In this document: piece after piece, positions 7,635-16,376 of the stretch | How positions within the stretch are numbered: position 1 is the stretch's first letter | How the letters are laid out: each line of letters begins with the position of its first letter | NCBI RefSeq assembly: GCF_031660515.1 | Contig: NZ_CP134362.1 | Length of the DNA: 32,000 nt | Source: Escherichia coli | GTDB taxonomy: Bacteria > Pseudomonadota > Gammaproteobacteria > Enterobacterales > Enterobacteriaceae | Reading direction: 5' to 3' (one strand) | Notes under the pieces: model-generated | Database searches by the model: none | What the model saw: the letters and a program-made list of their open reading frames with translations, nothing else | Told to the model about the DNA's origin: nothing | Position numbers and translations under genes: made by a program

Positions 7635-9968
7635 TCAGGTTGTCGCAGGGTCGTCACATTTTGGCAGCCAGTCGCCGTAGCTTTCCTCTTTCAGCGTCAG
7701 GTTGGTCTGTATCCCCTGTTTGGTATGGCGCTTCTCGTAATTCAGTCCGTATTCCTTCAGCATCACCGGCAGCCCCAGCCCGAACATTTTCAGACTGAGT
7801 ACATTCCGGTAGCCGTTTGCCTCCATGTAGGCCAGATAGGCGTGATAGAGGTATTTACGGTAATTACGCGGGATGATACTGGCGTTCCCCATATACATGC
7901 CGCTGGTCTGCGGCAGGGTTTCCAGATAGCCGATAAAATCAAACGTCGGGTCGGCATCCCGTTTGATGTTCAGTGCCTCGTCTGAGTTCTGCTGGGACTG
8001 AAGCAGTGACCGGGCGAGCATCGGGTCGCTGAATTTCTGCATCAGGTGACGCACGATGACCGCCAGCTCGCGGGTGATTTTGTCCTTAAGCTGCGGGTCG
8101 CGCTCCTGCGGGGCTATCTGTTCCGGGAAGTGAATAATCACCCGCCGGCGTGACACACCGCCGCTGCGGTCGGTGAAGCGCATCGGGTTATTGTTCACGG
8201 CCAGAATCACCGCCGGGATGTGCGTGGAGTACGCATCCCGGTATTTCGGGTCAACGGACACCGCATCGCCGCCAGTGATGGCCTTGAGTCCGGCACCGTC
8301 GCCGCTCCATTTTTCCTGGTCCGGCAGGCGTATCAGTGAGAAGCCAGTTAACGCGGCACGTTCACGCGGGGATTCCAGCGTCTCGATGGTGGCCGACGTG
8401 GCGTTATCCTCCCCGGCCAGCAGGGTGGCGATTTCGGCCATGATACTTTTGCCGCTGCCGCCGGGACCGGTCACCTCCAGAAAGAGCTGCCAGTCGTAGC
8501 GGTTTGCCAGCACCATAAACAGTGCGGCCAGAATCACGTCGCGTTTTTCCGCACGACCACCGGCGGCACGGTCAAGCCAGCGCCAGAACGCGGGAGCGTG
8601 GGTTTCCAGCGTTTCCCCTTCCACCGGCGGGGTGAAATCCACATCGCACAGGGTACGCATCCAGTGTGACGGACTGTGCGGGTGGAACGTGCCGTTCTGC
8701 GTGTCGAGCACGCCGTTACGAAAGCCAATCAGGCGGCGGGAGGGGGCTTCCTGCTGCGGAATAATCAGCTTCAGGGTGTCCACCACGGAGGCCACCTTCC
8801 CGGAGGAGAACGGCGCGCGCAGACGCTGAAACAGCCCGGCCACATCCCGGGCAAAGTCCTGTGGCGGCAGCACCTTCCAGACACCATTTTCATAGCGGGA
8901 CAGAAGCTGGCCGTTGGCATCGACCGCGAGCGCCTCGCCGTAATGCTCATAGATACGCATGGCCTTTTCGCTGGTACTCATGGCGGAAAACTCTGCTTCG
9001 CTCATGGTGTCGAACGGGCTTTCAGCCGGTGGCCGGATGGCATCATAAATGGCCTTACGGGTGGCTTCCCCGCCGTACTGCGTGAAGGCATCATTCCAGT
9101 CACCGAAGACCGGCGGCAGGGCAACAACACCTTCACACGCATCTGCGGCTGCGGCGGCTTTTTTCTGGCCGTCACCGCTGAGGTCACGGTCTGCGGCAAG
9201 GACAATCTGACAGGCCGGATGCTTCTGCCGGGCAAGGCTGGCCAGAGAAAGGAGATTCACGGAAGAAAGCGCCACCATCACCGTTTCACCGGTCAGGTGA
9301 TGCACGGTAAGTGCGGTCGCGTATCCCTCCGCTATCCACAGACGTTTTCCGGCCTGATTCTGTCCTTCAAGGATGTGACAGGTGCCCCTGACCTGTCCGC
9401 CTTTCAGGGTGCGCTTACGGCCGTCAGCACTGATTAACTGAAGGTTAACCAGTTCGCCGCTGTCGTCATACAGTGGCACCACAAGGTCACCGGCGCGCCA
9501 GCTCACGCCACCGGCTCTGTGTGTGCCGGTCAGCATCCGGCATTCCCGGCCGGGAAAGCCCTTGCGGGTCAGGTAGGCGTTACCGGTTCCGGGACGGGTT
9601 TTTGCCATCAGGGTTTGTGCCAGTGCGGCAGCGTTCTTCCGGGCAGCGTCTGTTTCAGCAACGGCGGCAGCCGTCACTGCCGGGTCAGCCGGGGGCAGGC
9701 TGCCGGTCACGGCAGCCACCTTTGTGGCCGCGTCGGACGGGGAGACACCAAACACCTTTTCAACCAGTTTCAGGCCGTCACCGGCACCACACTGATTGCA
9801 GTACCAGGTGCCGCGCCCCTCCCTGTCATCAAAACGGAAGCGGTCACTCCCGCCACAGACCGGACAGGGCTGATGACGGTTTTTCAGCACCTGAATCCCC
9901 AGCGCCGGGAGAATACGCGGCCAGTGGCCGAGCGCATGGCTGACGGTGGCGGTTACGTTCATTTTCAT
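7635..9968 (-). CDS. alpha: P4 alpha protein: primase/helicase/origin-binding (777 aa)
   Basis: Reverse complement from 9968 gives MKMNVTATVSHALGHWPRILPALGIQVLKNRHQPCPVCGGSDRFRF (Zn-finger primase), TOPRIM region and Walker A GPGGSGKS. The ORF track labels it '+', but the sequence supports minus. Confidence 0.97.
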   Translation of the reverse strand: MKMNVTATVSHALGHWPRILPALGIQVLKNRHQPCPVCGGSDRFRFDDREGRGTWYCNQCGAGDGLKLVEKVFGVSPSDAATKVAAVTGSLPPADPAVTAAAVAETDAARKNAAALAQTLMAKTRPGTGNAYLTRKGFPGRECRMLTGTHRAGGVSWRAGDLVVPLYDDSGELVNLQLISADGRKRTLKGGQVRGTCHILEGQNQAGKRLWIAEGYATALTVHHLTGETVMVALSSVNLLSLASLARQKHPACQIVLAADRDLSGDGQKKAAAAADACEGVVALPPVFGDWNDAFTQYGGEATRKAIYDAIRPPAESPFDTMSEAEFSAMSTSEKAMRIYEHYGEALAVDANGQLLSRYENGVWKVLPPQDFARDVAGLFQRLRAPFSSGKVASVVDTLKLIIPQQEAPSRRLIGFRNGVLDTQNGTFHPHSPSHWMRTLCDVDFTPPVEGETLETHAPAFWRWLDRAAGGRAEKRDVILAALFMVLANRYDWQLFLEVTGPGGSGKSIMAEIATLLAGEDNATSATIETLESPRERAALTGFSLIRLPDQEKWSGDGAGLKAITGGDAVSVDPKYRDAYSTHIPAVILAVNNNPMRFTDRSGGVSRRRVIIHFPEQIAPQERDPQLKDKITRELAVIVRHLMQKFSDPMLARSLLQSQQNSDEALNIKRDADPTFDFIGYLETLPQTSGMYMGNASIIPRNYRKYLYHAYLAYMEANGYRNVLSLKMFGLGLPVMLKEYGLNYEKRHTKQGIQTNLTLKEESYGDWLPKCDDPATT

Positions 9969-9982
9969 GGTGTTGTTCTCCT

Positions 9983-10303
9983 TCAGTGCAGTACCGGCGC
10001 TTTTATGTGACGGGCACAGAGTTCATCCATCACAACCAGCCCGAGAAAGGACAGCGACGGCGCGGCCTTCAGGGGGCCGGATTCCATTAAATCTTCCAGC
10101 AGGGCACAGGCTATCTGACGCCCTTTTTCCTCACCGTGCTGGCGCAGATAAAAGCCTTCCAGCTCAGCGGCGATGGCCGCCTCCAGTGATTCAAGGGTGA
10201 GATGCGGGTAGCGGTGCTGACGTTCGCACACGGTCAGCCAGGCACAGGCGACAGCGCGACGGTAAAGGGCAGCGCGTAAGACGGGCGGTAAGGGTGTTTT
10301 CAT
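9983..10303 (-). CDS. cnr: Cnr/orf106-like P4 copy-number regulator (106 aa)
   Basis: [33 protein letters not shown]..., immediately upstream of alpha as in P4. Confidence 0.75.
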
Positions 10304-10438
10304 TTGTTTTCCTCCCTGTGACAGATGACTGCATTCCGTGCCGGTTGCATTAACTGATAAGGCATATCTGCGTCTCCTGAAGACGTGCGTATCCCTGCGC
10401 GAATACGCACATTTAATTTTTCGGGTGTCGTTTTTTAA

Positions 10439-10894
10439 TTACAGATAATTGCGGTAACTGTTATCCGGGGTGATTTCCGGGTCAGACTCCGTGCGGGGAA
10501 TTTCCCTCCATTCCCGCGCCACCGGTGCCGCCCGGCTGACCGGAACAGGGTCCTGTGGGTAAATATCCAGATATTTCTCCCGCCATTTCTGTAATTCCGG
10601 GTCTCCGGCCATTTCTTTCAGTACCGCATGCCGGTTTACGGGGCTGCGTTTAAACAGGTCAGGACGGTCACAGGTAAATTCCCGCAGAAAACGCCCCAGC
10701 GGGATGTCTGTGGTGCGCCCGTCGGCGAGGATACGCACAAGGATACTGAATTTACGGCGGTACGGATTCCAGACAATGTCCGGGCAGCGGTACGGCATTT
10801 CCCACGGAATACCGTCTTCCAGAATGCCGACCACGGCCACATCGGGAAAACCGGCAGAACGGTAAATCTCACCGGGCTGGGGAAAATCAAACAT
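10439..10894 (-). CDS. P4 orf151-like protein (151 aa)
   Basis: [40 protein letters not shown]...; position and length as P4 orf151. Confidence 0.75.
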   Translation of the reverse strand: MFDFPQPGEIYRSAGFPDVAVVGILEDGIPWEMPYRCPDIVWNPYRRKFSILVRILADGRTTDIPLGRFLREFTCDRPDLFKRSPVNRHAVLKEMAGDPELQKWREKYLDIYPQDPVPVSRAAPVAREWREIPRTESDPEITPDNSYRNYL

Positions 10895-11174
10895 GCGTCC
10901 TGTCTCCCCGGTCTTTCTGCTGGGCGAGAAAATCGCGGCACAGGCCTTTGGCTTTCAGCTCATTCAGCACAAAATCAATATCTTCATTCAGGTAGCTGAA
11001 AATATGCGGAATGTAGAGCTGATGCAGGCCGGAGAGTTCACGGTGAATCAAATCACCCCCAACAAACTGGGATACGGCGCTGGCGCGGTTGAGCTTATGG
11101 TAAGCCTCAATGCTGAGGTGTTCACGGGCGTCATGACGCGCTGAGACGGTCTGAGGGGCTTTTTTATTACGCAC
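10887..11174 (-). CDS. epsilon: P4 epsilon (helper prophage derepression) protein, 95 aa
   Basis: GTG start at 11174 with GGAGGTG RBS; [59 protein letters not shown]...; the longer track ORF start at 11330 is not needed. Confidence 0.85.
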   Translation of the reverse strand: MRNKKAPQTVSARHDAREHLSIEAYHKLNRASAVSQFVGGDLIHRELSGLHQLYIPHIFSYLNEDIDFVLNELKAKGLCRDFLAQQKDRGDRTHV

Positions 11175-11802
11175 GGGACACCTCCACCACCGGCAGACGG
11201 GCAGCAAGGGAGAGCACATAGTCACGGACAAGGGAACGGCGGGCGCTGCGTTCATCACCGGCGACGGTGCGAAGCATGCAGATACGGGGATGACGGTCTG
11301 CGCGACGGACAGCCGCAAACACAAAGACAAATTCAGGGTGTGAGGGGGTAAGGGTTGTAGCCATGATGGCAGCCTCCGTTAGATAGCAGGTTACGCTATC
11401 GCCGGAGTTCTCACGCTCGATGGCGATAGCCCAGACGGGGGTGAGAATACCGGCTCTAACGGATACCGGCCAGCCCGGAGGCTGCCCCGCCTGAGCTACC
11501 ATTGACTCAGTGGCATAACATGCGATTGCAAACAGGATCATACCTGCACGGCAAACCACACGCCACACCATAATCTGGCGCTCTGTGGCGTTGATTGCGA
11601 CACAAAAAAAGACGCATGGCGCGTCATATGTCGCCGTTAGATTGCTCGGGTTCTCACGCCCGGCTGCCGATTTTGCGGCAGCGGAAAAACTATATCCGCA
11701 AATGCCGGAAAAAGGCAAGCCAGAAAAAGGGAGTTTTTGCAGAACAGGCATCATCATGCGTCGTACCCCCGTTTGCGTCCGGCGATGCGCCCGGCCATCC
11801 AT
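11167..11802 (-). CDS. Ash/Icd-like (host cell division inhibitor/Kil) ORF; the C-terminal 66 aa corresponds to the P4 kil region
   Basis: ...[68 protein letters not shown]; the long ORF overlaps the CI immunity RNA, so the upstream part may not be translated. Confidence 0.6.
   Translation of the reverse strand: MDGRAHRRTQTGVRRMMMPVLQKLPFSGLPFSGICGYSFSAAAKSAAGRENPSNLTATYDAPCVFFCVAINATERQIMVWRVVCRAGMILFAIACYATESMVAQAGQPPGWPVSVRAGILTPVWAIAIERENSGDSVTCYLTEAAIMATTLTPSHPEFVFVFAAVRRADRHPRICMLRTVAGDERSARRSLVRDYVLSLAARLPVVEVSRA
11425..11505 (-). ncRNA. cI: C4/CI-type immunity antisense RNA of P4 (approximate ends)
   Basis: Minus strand GGTAGCTCAGGCGGGG...GGGCTGGCCGGTATCCGTTAGAGCCGGTATTCTCACCCCC; its GGTATTCTCAC (seqB-like) is complementary to GTGAGAA in GAGCGTGAGAACTC (around 11405-11418, seqC-like) and GGGCGTGAGAACCC (around 11648-11661, seqA-like). 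Confidence 0.72.
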
Positions 11803-12020
11803 GCAGTGACTTCAGAGTGCAGCCAGGCCACATTTTTACCGCCAAGACTCACCTGCGGCGGAAATTCCCCCTTACGGATGAGTTCGTAGATGGTCGAGCG
11901 TGACAGGCCGCACAGGTGCATCACTTCCGGCAGACGTAAAAAACGCTCCTGCGTGATGTCCGGCAGCGGCATCAGTGGCGTCACAGGGGCAGGAGACGGG
12001 GAAGAAAAAACAGCTTGCAT
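11754..12020 (-). CDS. vis: Vis/AlpA family excisionase and transcriptional regulator (88 aa)
   Basis: ...[50 protein letters not shown], the AlpA HTH signature. Confidence 0.88.
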   Translation of the reverse strand: MQAVFSSPSPAPVTPLMPLPDITQERFLRLPEVMHLCGLSRSTIYELIRKGEFPPQVSLGGKNVAWLHSEVTAWMAGRIAGRKRGYDA

Positions 12021-12299
12021 CGGGCTACCTCGTTAATGTCCATACAGCACCGGATAAGTCCGTCCGGCTTCGGGTAGCGCTTTATTTTGTGAATATTTTC
12101 AGCAGACGCAACAGGGGGGATTTGTTCCGGCAGCCTTACAATGGTTGTGTGTTTTTTGTTCATTCCCACTTAAAGTCATTTAAAGCCACTTAAAGCAATT
12201 TGTAATTTTTATAGTGAAATACAAATCGTTTCTTCTTATTCATTCCCGGCGAATTAATAAAAACAAACAGTAGTAAACAGCACAAAAAGTCCATGAGCG

Positions 12300-12404
12300 G
12301 GTGAACAGTGGTGAACAGACGGTGAACAGTCATTACTGCGATTGTTCACCCTTTAACTTACTGTATTACTTATCTTTTTTATTAAGGTGAACAGAGGTGA
12401 ACAG
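12300..12404. other. ori: P4-type replication origin with alpha-binding iterons
   Basis: GGTGAACAG at 12300, 12310, 12321, 12386 and 12396, plus inverted TGTTCACC at 12343, in AT-rich DNA; same motif as in crr. Confidence 0.82.
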
Positions 12405-12482
12405 TAAAATATAAAAAAACAAACAGTAAGCCGGTTTTTCCTGCGACCTTTTCCTGGCTTGCCGGTGTGAGGATGAGTCTCC

Positions 12483-12500
12483 TGTGTCAGGGCTGGCACA
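12483..12500 (+). promoter_or_regulatory. Ogr/Delta-type activator site upstream of sid (late promoter P_sid)
   Basis: TGTGTCAGGGCTGGCACA fits TGT-N12-ACA with dyad symmetry, about 55 nt before the expected transcription start and 73 nt before the sid ATG centre. Confidence 0.65.
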
Positions 12501-12572
12501 TCTGCAATACGTCGTGTTGTTGTCCGGTGTACGTCACAATTTTCTTAACCTGAAGTGACGAGGAGCCGGAAA

Positions 12573-13307
12573 ATGTCTGACCACACTATCCCTGAATATC
12601 TGCAACCCGCACTGGCACAACTGGAAAAGGCCAGAGCCGCCCACCTTGAGAACGCCCGCCTGATGGATGAGACCATCACGGCCATTGAACGGGCAGAGCA
12701 GGAAAAAAATGTGCTGGCGCAGACCGACGGAAACGACGCTGACGACTGGCGCACGGCCTTTCGTGCAGCCGGTGGTGTCCTGAGCGACGAGCTGAAACAG
12801 CGCCGCATTGAGCGCGTGGCACGCCGGGAGCTGGTACAGGAATATGACAATCTGGCCGTGGTGCTGAATTTCGAACGTGAACGCCTGAAAGGGGCGTGTG
12901 ACAGCACGGCCACCGCCTACCGGAAGGCACATCATCACCTTCTGAGTCTGTATGCAGAGCATGAGCTGGAACACGCCCTGAATGAAACCTGTGAGGCGCT
13001 TGTCCGGGCAATGCATCTGAGTATCCTGGTACAGGAAAATCCGCTCGCCAACACCACCGGCCATCAGGGCTACGTCGCACCCGATAAAGCTGTCATGCAG
13101 CAGGTGAAATCATCGCTGGAACAGAAAATTAAACAGATGCAAATCAGCCTCACCGGCGAGCCGGTTCTCCGGCTGACCGGACTGTCAGCGGCAACACTCC
13201 CGCACATGGATTATGAGGTGGCAGGCACACCGGCACAGCGCAAGGTGTGGCAGGACAAAATAGACCAGCAGGCAGCAGAGCTTAAGGCCAGAGGGCTGCT
13301 GTCATGA
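12573..13307 (+). CDS. sid: Sid capsid size determination protein (244 aa)
   Basis: MSDHTIPEYLQPALAQLEKARAAHLENARLMDETITAIERAEQEK...; ATG 12573 with GAGGAG RBS; the track start 12555 is a GTG further upstream. Confidence 0.96.
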   Translation: MSDHTIPEYLQPALAQLEKARAAHLENARLMDETITAIERAEQEKNVLAQTDGNDADDWRTAFRAAGGVLSDELKQRRIERVARRELVQEYDNLAVVLNFERERLKGACDSTATAYRKAHHHLLSLYAEHELEHALNETCEALVRAMHLSILVQENPLANTTGHQGYVAPDKAVMQQVKSSLEQKIKQMQISLTGEPVLRLTGLSAATLPHMDYEVAGTPAQRKVWQDKIDQQAAELKARGLLS

Positions 13308-13804
13308 TTTACTGCCCGTCGTGTGGACATGTTGCTCACACCCGTCGCGCACATTTCATGGACGATGGCACCAAGATAATGATTGCACAGTGCCGGAATA
13401 TTTATTGCTCTGCGACATTTGAAGCGAGTGAAAGCTTTTTCTCTGACTGTAAAGATTCAGGAATGGAATACATTTCAGGCAAACAGAGATACCGCGATTC
13501 ACTGACGTCAGCCTCCGGCAGTATGAAACGCCCGAAAAGAATGCTTGTTACCGGATATTGTTGTCGGAGATGTAAAGGCCTTGCACTGTCAAGAACATCG
13601 CGGCGTCTGTCTCAGGAAGTCACCGAGCGTTTTTATGTGTGCACGGATCCGGGATGTGGTCTGGTGTTTAAAACGCTTCAGACCATCAACCGTTTTATTG
13701 TCCGCCCGGTCACGCCGGACGAACTGGCAGAAAGCCTGCATGAAAAACAGGAACTGCCGCCAGTACGCTTAAAAACACAATCATATTCGCTGCGTCTGGA
13801 ATGA
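13304..13804 (+). CDS. delta: Delta late gene activator (Ogr/Delta zinc-finger family, 166 aa)
   Basis: MIYCPSCGHVAHTRRAHFMDDGTKIMIAQCRNIYCSATF..., two Ogr-type CxxC zinc-binding repeats; overlaps the sid stop. Confidence 0.95.
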   Translation: MIYCPSCGHVAHTRRAHFMDDGTKIMIAQCRNIYCSATFEASESFFSDCKDSGMEYISGKQRYRDSLTSASGSMKRPKRMLVTGYCCRRCKGLALSRTSRRLSQEVTERFYVCTDPGCGLVFKTLQTINRFIVRPVTPDELAESLHEKQELPPVRLKTQSYSLRLE

Positions 13805-13877
13805 GGGCTGCCGGTTAACACCGGCCGTCGCCGCACACCGTATTTTTATTCTTCAGCATGATGAGAAAGAGATAACG

Positions 13878-14450
13878 ATGGAAAGCACAGCCTTACAGCA
13901 GGCCTTTGACACCTGTCAGAATAACAAAGCAGCATGGCTGCAACGCAAAAATGAGCTGTCTGCGGCCGAACAGGAATATCTGCGGCTTCTGTCCGGGGAA
14001 GGCAGAAACGTCAGTCGCCTGGACGAATTACGCAATATTATCGAAGTCAGAAAATGGCAGGTGAATCAGGCCGCCGGTCGTTATATTCGTTCGCATGAAG
14101 CCGTTCAGCACATCAGCATCCGCGACCGGCTGAATGATTTTATGCAGCAGCACGGCACAGCACTGGCGGCGGCACTGGCACCGGAGCTGATGGGCTACAG
14201 TGAGCTGACGGCCATTGCCCGAAACTGTGCCATACAGCGTGCCACAGATGCCCTGCGTGAAGCCCTTCTGTCCTGGCTTGCAAAGGGTGAAAAAATTAAT
14301 TATTCCGCACAGGATAGCGACATTTTAACGACCATCGGATTCAGGCCTGACGCGGCTTCGGTGGATGACAGCCGTGAAAAATTCACCCCTGCGCAGAACA
14401 TGATTTTTTCGCGTAAAAGTGCGCAACTGGCATCACGTCAGTCTGTGTAA
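13878..14450 (+). CDS. psu: Psu polarity suppression/capsid decoration protein (190 aa)
   Basis: MESTALQQAFDTCQNNKAAWLQRKNELSAAEQEYLRLLSGEGRNVSRL..., recognised P4 Psu. Confidence 0.96.
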   Translation: MESTALQQAFDTCQNNKAAWLQRKNELSAAEQEYLRLLSGEGRNVSRLDELRNIIEVRKWQVNQAAGRYIRSHEAVQHISIRDRLNDFMQQHGTALAAALAPELMGYSELTAIARNCAIQRATDALREALLSWLAKGEKINYSAQDSDILTTIGFRPDAASVDDSREKFTPAQNMIFSRKSAQLASRQSV

Positions 14451-14483
14451 AATTCCCCGAAAATCCGCCTGTTTTTACTGAAA

Positions 14484-14514
14484 AAAGCCATGCATCGATA
14501 AGGTGCATGGCTTT
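14484..14514 (+). terminator. Rho-independent-like terminator after psu
   Basis: AAAGCCATGCA (14484-14494), 9-nt loop, TGCATGGCTTT (14504-14514). Confidence 0.7.
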
Positions 14515-14614
14515 GCATGCGTTTTCCTGCCTCATTTTCTGCAGACTGCGCCATTCCCGGCGCGGTCTGAGTGTGTCAGTGCAACTGCATTAAAACTGCC
14601 CCGCAAAGCGGGCG

Positions 14615-14633
14615 GGCGAGGCGGGGAAAGCAC
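14615..14633. other. cos: P2/P4-type cos 19-nt cohesive-end sequence
   Basis: GGCGAGGCGGGGAAAGCAC, the P2/P4 19-nt cohesive end as I recall it, located just after psu. Confidence 0.85.
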
Positions 14634-14671
14634 TGCGCACGAAGGTTGCATTAATTTAAGGACATGATTAA

Positions 14672-15832
14672 ATGTTCATCACACATCTTCTTCTGGTTAG
14701 ATTTTCTCTAAAATCGAAGCATTCAACTTCAACTAATGGTGCGCAAATGAGCGAAGGACTGGTCACTTTTTTCAAATATAAACAATTAGGATTCCATAAG
14801 AGAGGTGATTCATATTATGAGCCGTTGATGATGGCCGATATGCTGGAGTCCTTACATACTTGGTTCTCAAGTAGGACTTCATTGGCAGATACATTACTTT
14901 GGGATGACAATACTCCCGGGTATTCTTCAAGGAAAAAAGTTTACTTGAAGGGAATTGAGCGTAACGAGAGCACAGGCGATTATGTTGTAATTTTATGGCG
15001 AGCAATTGGAAATGGGAATGGAGTTTATGGTATTCGCTCTGACTCTGCCTTAAGTGATGATCGTTTGTACAGTGCTGATGAAGAGTTAGATGGTGAAAAT
15101 GTTATATGGGGTGAGCCCGCTTATTATTGGTTTGTTCCCTCTTTAAATATTTTTGCATCAATAAAATTCCATAGTTCAATTTCAGATACAGAACTGATGA
15201 ATAAATATCTTCGTGATTTCATGACACTACATAGTAATATTAGGCCAAAACGTCGAGAAATGAAGGAAGGTAAAAATGGAAATTATTTAAGTATATCTTT
15301 TATTTCTGCTTCGGGTGACAATTTGTGGCTTAGGATATATAGTGAACAATATACAAAATTAACAAATGAAGCCGACTTGGATAGAATTGCTAACCAGATA
15401 ACGCACTTCGTCAAACGGGATGTCATTAGCGCATCAGTTCAGCCAGATGCTGGCTGGACAAGGTATTTTAGAGGTCTTCCATTCATTTCTAGCGAGGTAA
15501 CAAGAGATACTAGAAAGATTGAATTAACCATAGAAGCCTCTCCTACAGGAGAAGAGTTGCGTTCTATTTTTGAAACGTACAATGAAGAATATAATGTTAG
15601 TGCTGGTGATTGGGCCAACTTAGGTTTTAGAAAAGAAGGTGTAGGGGGAACATGTTGGTTAAACGAGTTCGTTGTAAGGAATACATTATTAGTTAGTGAT
15701 GTAGGTCAGTATGATGATTCAGGGTTTTATACGACTAGTAGAATTCTGAATGCTTTGCACTTAACTAGAGATAATCTACTAGCTGCCTTTACAACAAGTT
15801 CTCCGAACTCCGAAGAACAGGCGAATTCTTGA
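14672..15832 (+). CDS. Cargo gene A: uncharacterised 386-aa soluble protein, putative RexA-like anti-phage component
   Basis: ATG 14672 has AAGGA about 9 nt upstream (alternative ATG 14747, MSEGLVTFFKYKQLGFHKRG...); AT-rich; lies in the P4 cos-int cargo slot. No family assignable with confidence. Confidence 0.85.
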   Translation: MFITHLLLVRFSLKSKHSTSTNGAQMSEGLVTFFKYKQLGFHKRGDSYYEPLMMADMLESLHTWFSSRTSLADTLLWDDNTPGYSSRKKVYLKGIERNESTGDYVVILWRAIGNGNGVYGIRSDSALSDDRLYSADEELDGENVIWGEPAYYWFVPSLNIFASIKFHSSISDTELMNKYLRDFMTLHSNIRPKRREMKEGKNGNYLSISFISASGDNLWLRIYSEQYTKLTNEADLDRIANQITHFVKRDVISASVQPDAGWTRYFRGLPFISSEVTRDTRKIELTIEASPTGEELRSIFETYNEEYNVSAGDWANLGFRKEGVGGTCWLNEFVVRNTLLVSDVGQYDDSGFYTTSRILNALHLTRDNLLAAFTTSSPNSEEQANS

Positions 15833-15838
15833 TTGGTG

Positions 15839-16366
15839 ATGTATATGAAAGATAAAACTCGAGAGCGTCTCAAATATCTTCACATCATTCCATTAGCTGC
15901 TATTGTTTGGGCCAGTTTTGCATATCGCTCTGATATTAAAAGTCAGGATTTAGACCCATTAATTTCTATTTTACAGAATGTTTCTGTAATGGTTTTTACT
16001 ATTATGGGAATATGGATAGCATATCTATACCCTAATGCAATATTGAGGATTACGCAGCCATCAAAAGTGGATGCTATTTTTTCAGATGAGGATAGTGAGC
16101 GAGTCAAGATCATTGTTGGTGTTGTGGTACTATCCGCAATAGTGTTATCTCTTCTTTTAATAGGAGTTGTTTTAAAGCCGTTCATCATTAAATCTTGGCT
16201 GTTTATTCATATTCCAAGTTTTTTTGTTGCAATTGGTATATTTTTTTTGCTAATGTTGAGCTATTTACAGCTTATAGCTCTCTATATTGTGATTGCATCT
16301 AATGTTAATTTTATAATTGAACTAAAAAATAAAAAAAACAAACATGATCTCAATAGGAGATTGTAA
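15839..16366 (+). CDS. Cargo gene B: about 175-aa polytopic membrane protein (about 4 TM), putative effector
   Basis: ATG 15839 is 6 nt after the gene A stop (alternative ATG 15845). Hydrophobic segments: YLHIIPLAAIVWASFAY; ILQNVSVMVFTIMGIWIAYLY; VKIIVGVVVLSAIVLSLLLIGVVL; WLFIHIPSFFVAIGIFFLLMLSYLQLIALYIVI; charged Lys-rich C-terminus. Confidence 0.85.
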   Translation: MYMKDKTRERLKYLHIIPLAAIVWASFAYRSDIKSQDLDPLISILQNVSVMVFTIMGIWIAYLYPNAILRITQPSKVDAIFSDEDSERVKIIVGVVVLSAIVLSLLLIGVVLKPFIIKSWLFIHIPSFFVAIGIFFLLMLSYLQLIALYIVIASNVNFIIELKNKKNKHDLNRRL

Positions 16367-16376
16367 CTTTGTAATC

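Noticed and set aside
8676-10200. Long + strand ORFs (8676..9437, 9473..9943, 9519..10010, 9946..10200)
   Set aside because: Antisense to the well-supported alpha and cnr genes in GC-rich DNA; compositional shadow ORFs without recognisable families.
12534-13080. ORFs 12534..13064, 12545..12913 and 12676..13080
   Set aside because: Overlap sid, antisense to it; no RBS or family support.
14672-16366. Interpreting A-B as a toxin-antitoxin pair or as P4 gop/beta
   Set aside because: Gene sizes (386 and about 175 aa with 4 TM) and sequences do not match P4 gop/beta/cII or a common toxin-antitoxin family; treated as a replacement cargo.
14672-16366. Interpreting A-B as Kiwa (KwaA/KwaB)
   Set aside because: Kiwa has the membrane gene first and a DUF4868 protein second; here the order is reversed and no DUF4868 signature is visible to me. 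Only a profile search can fully exclude it.
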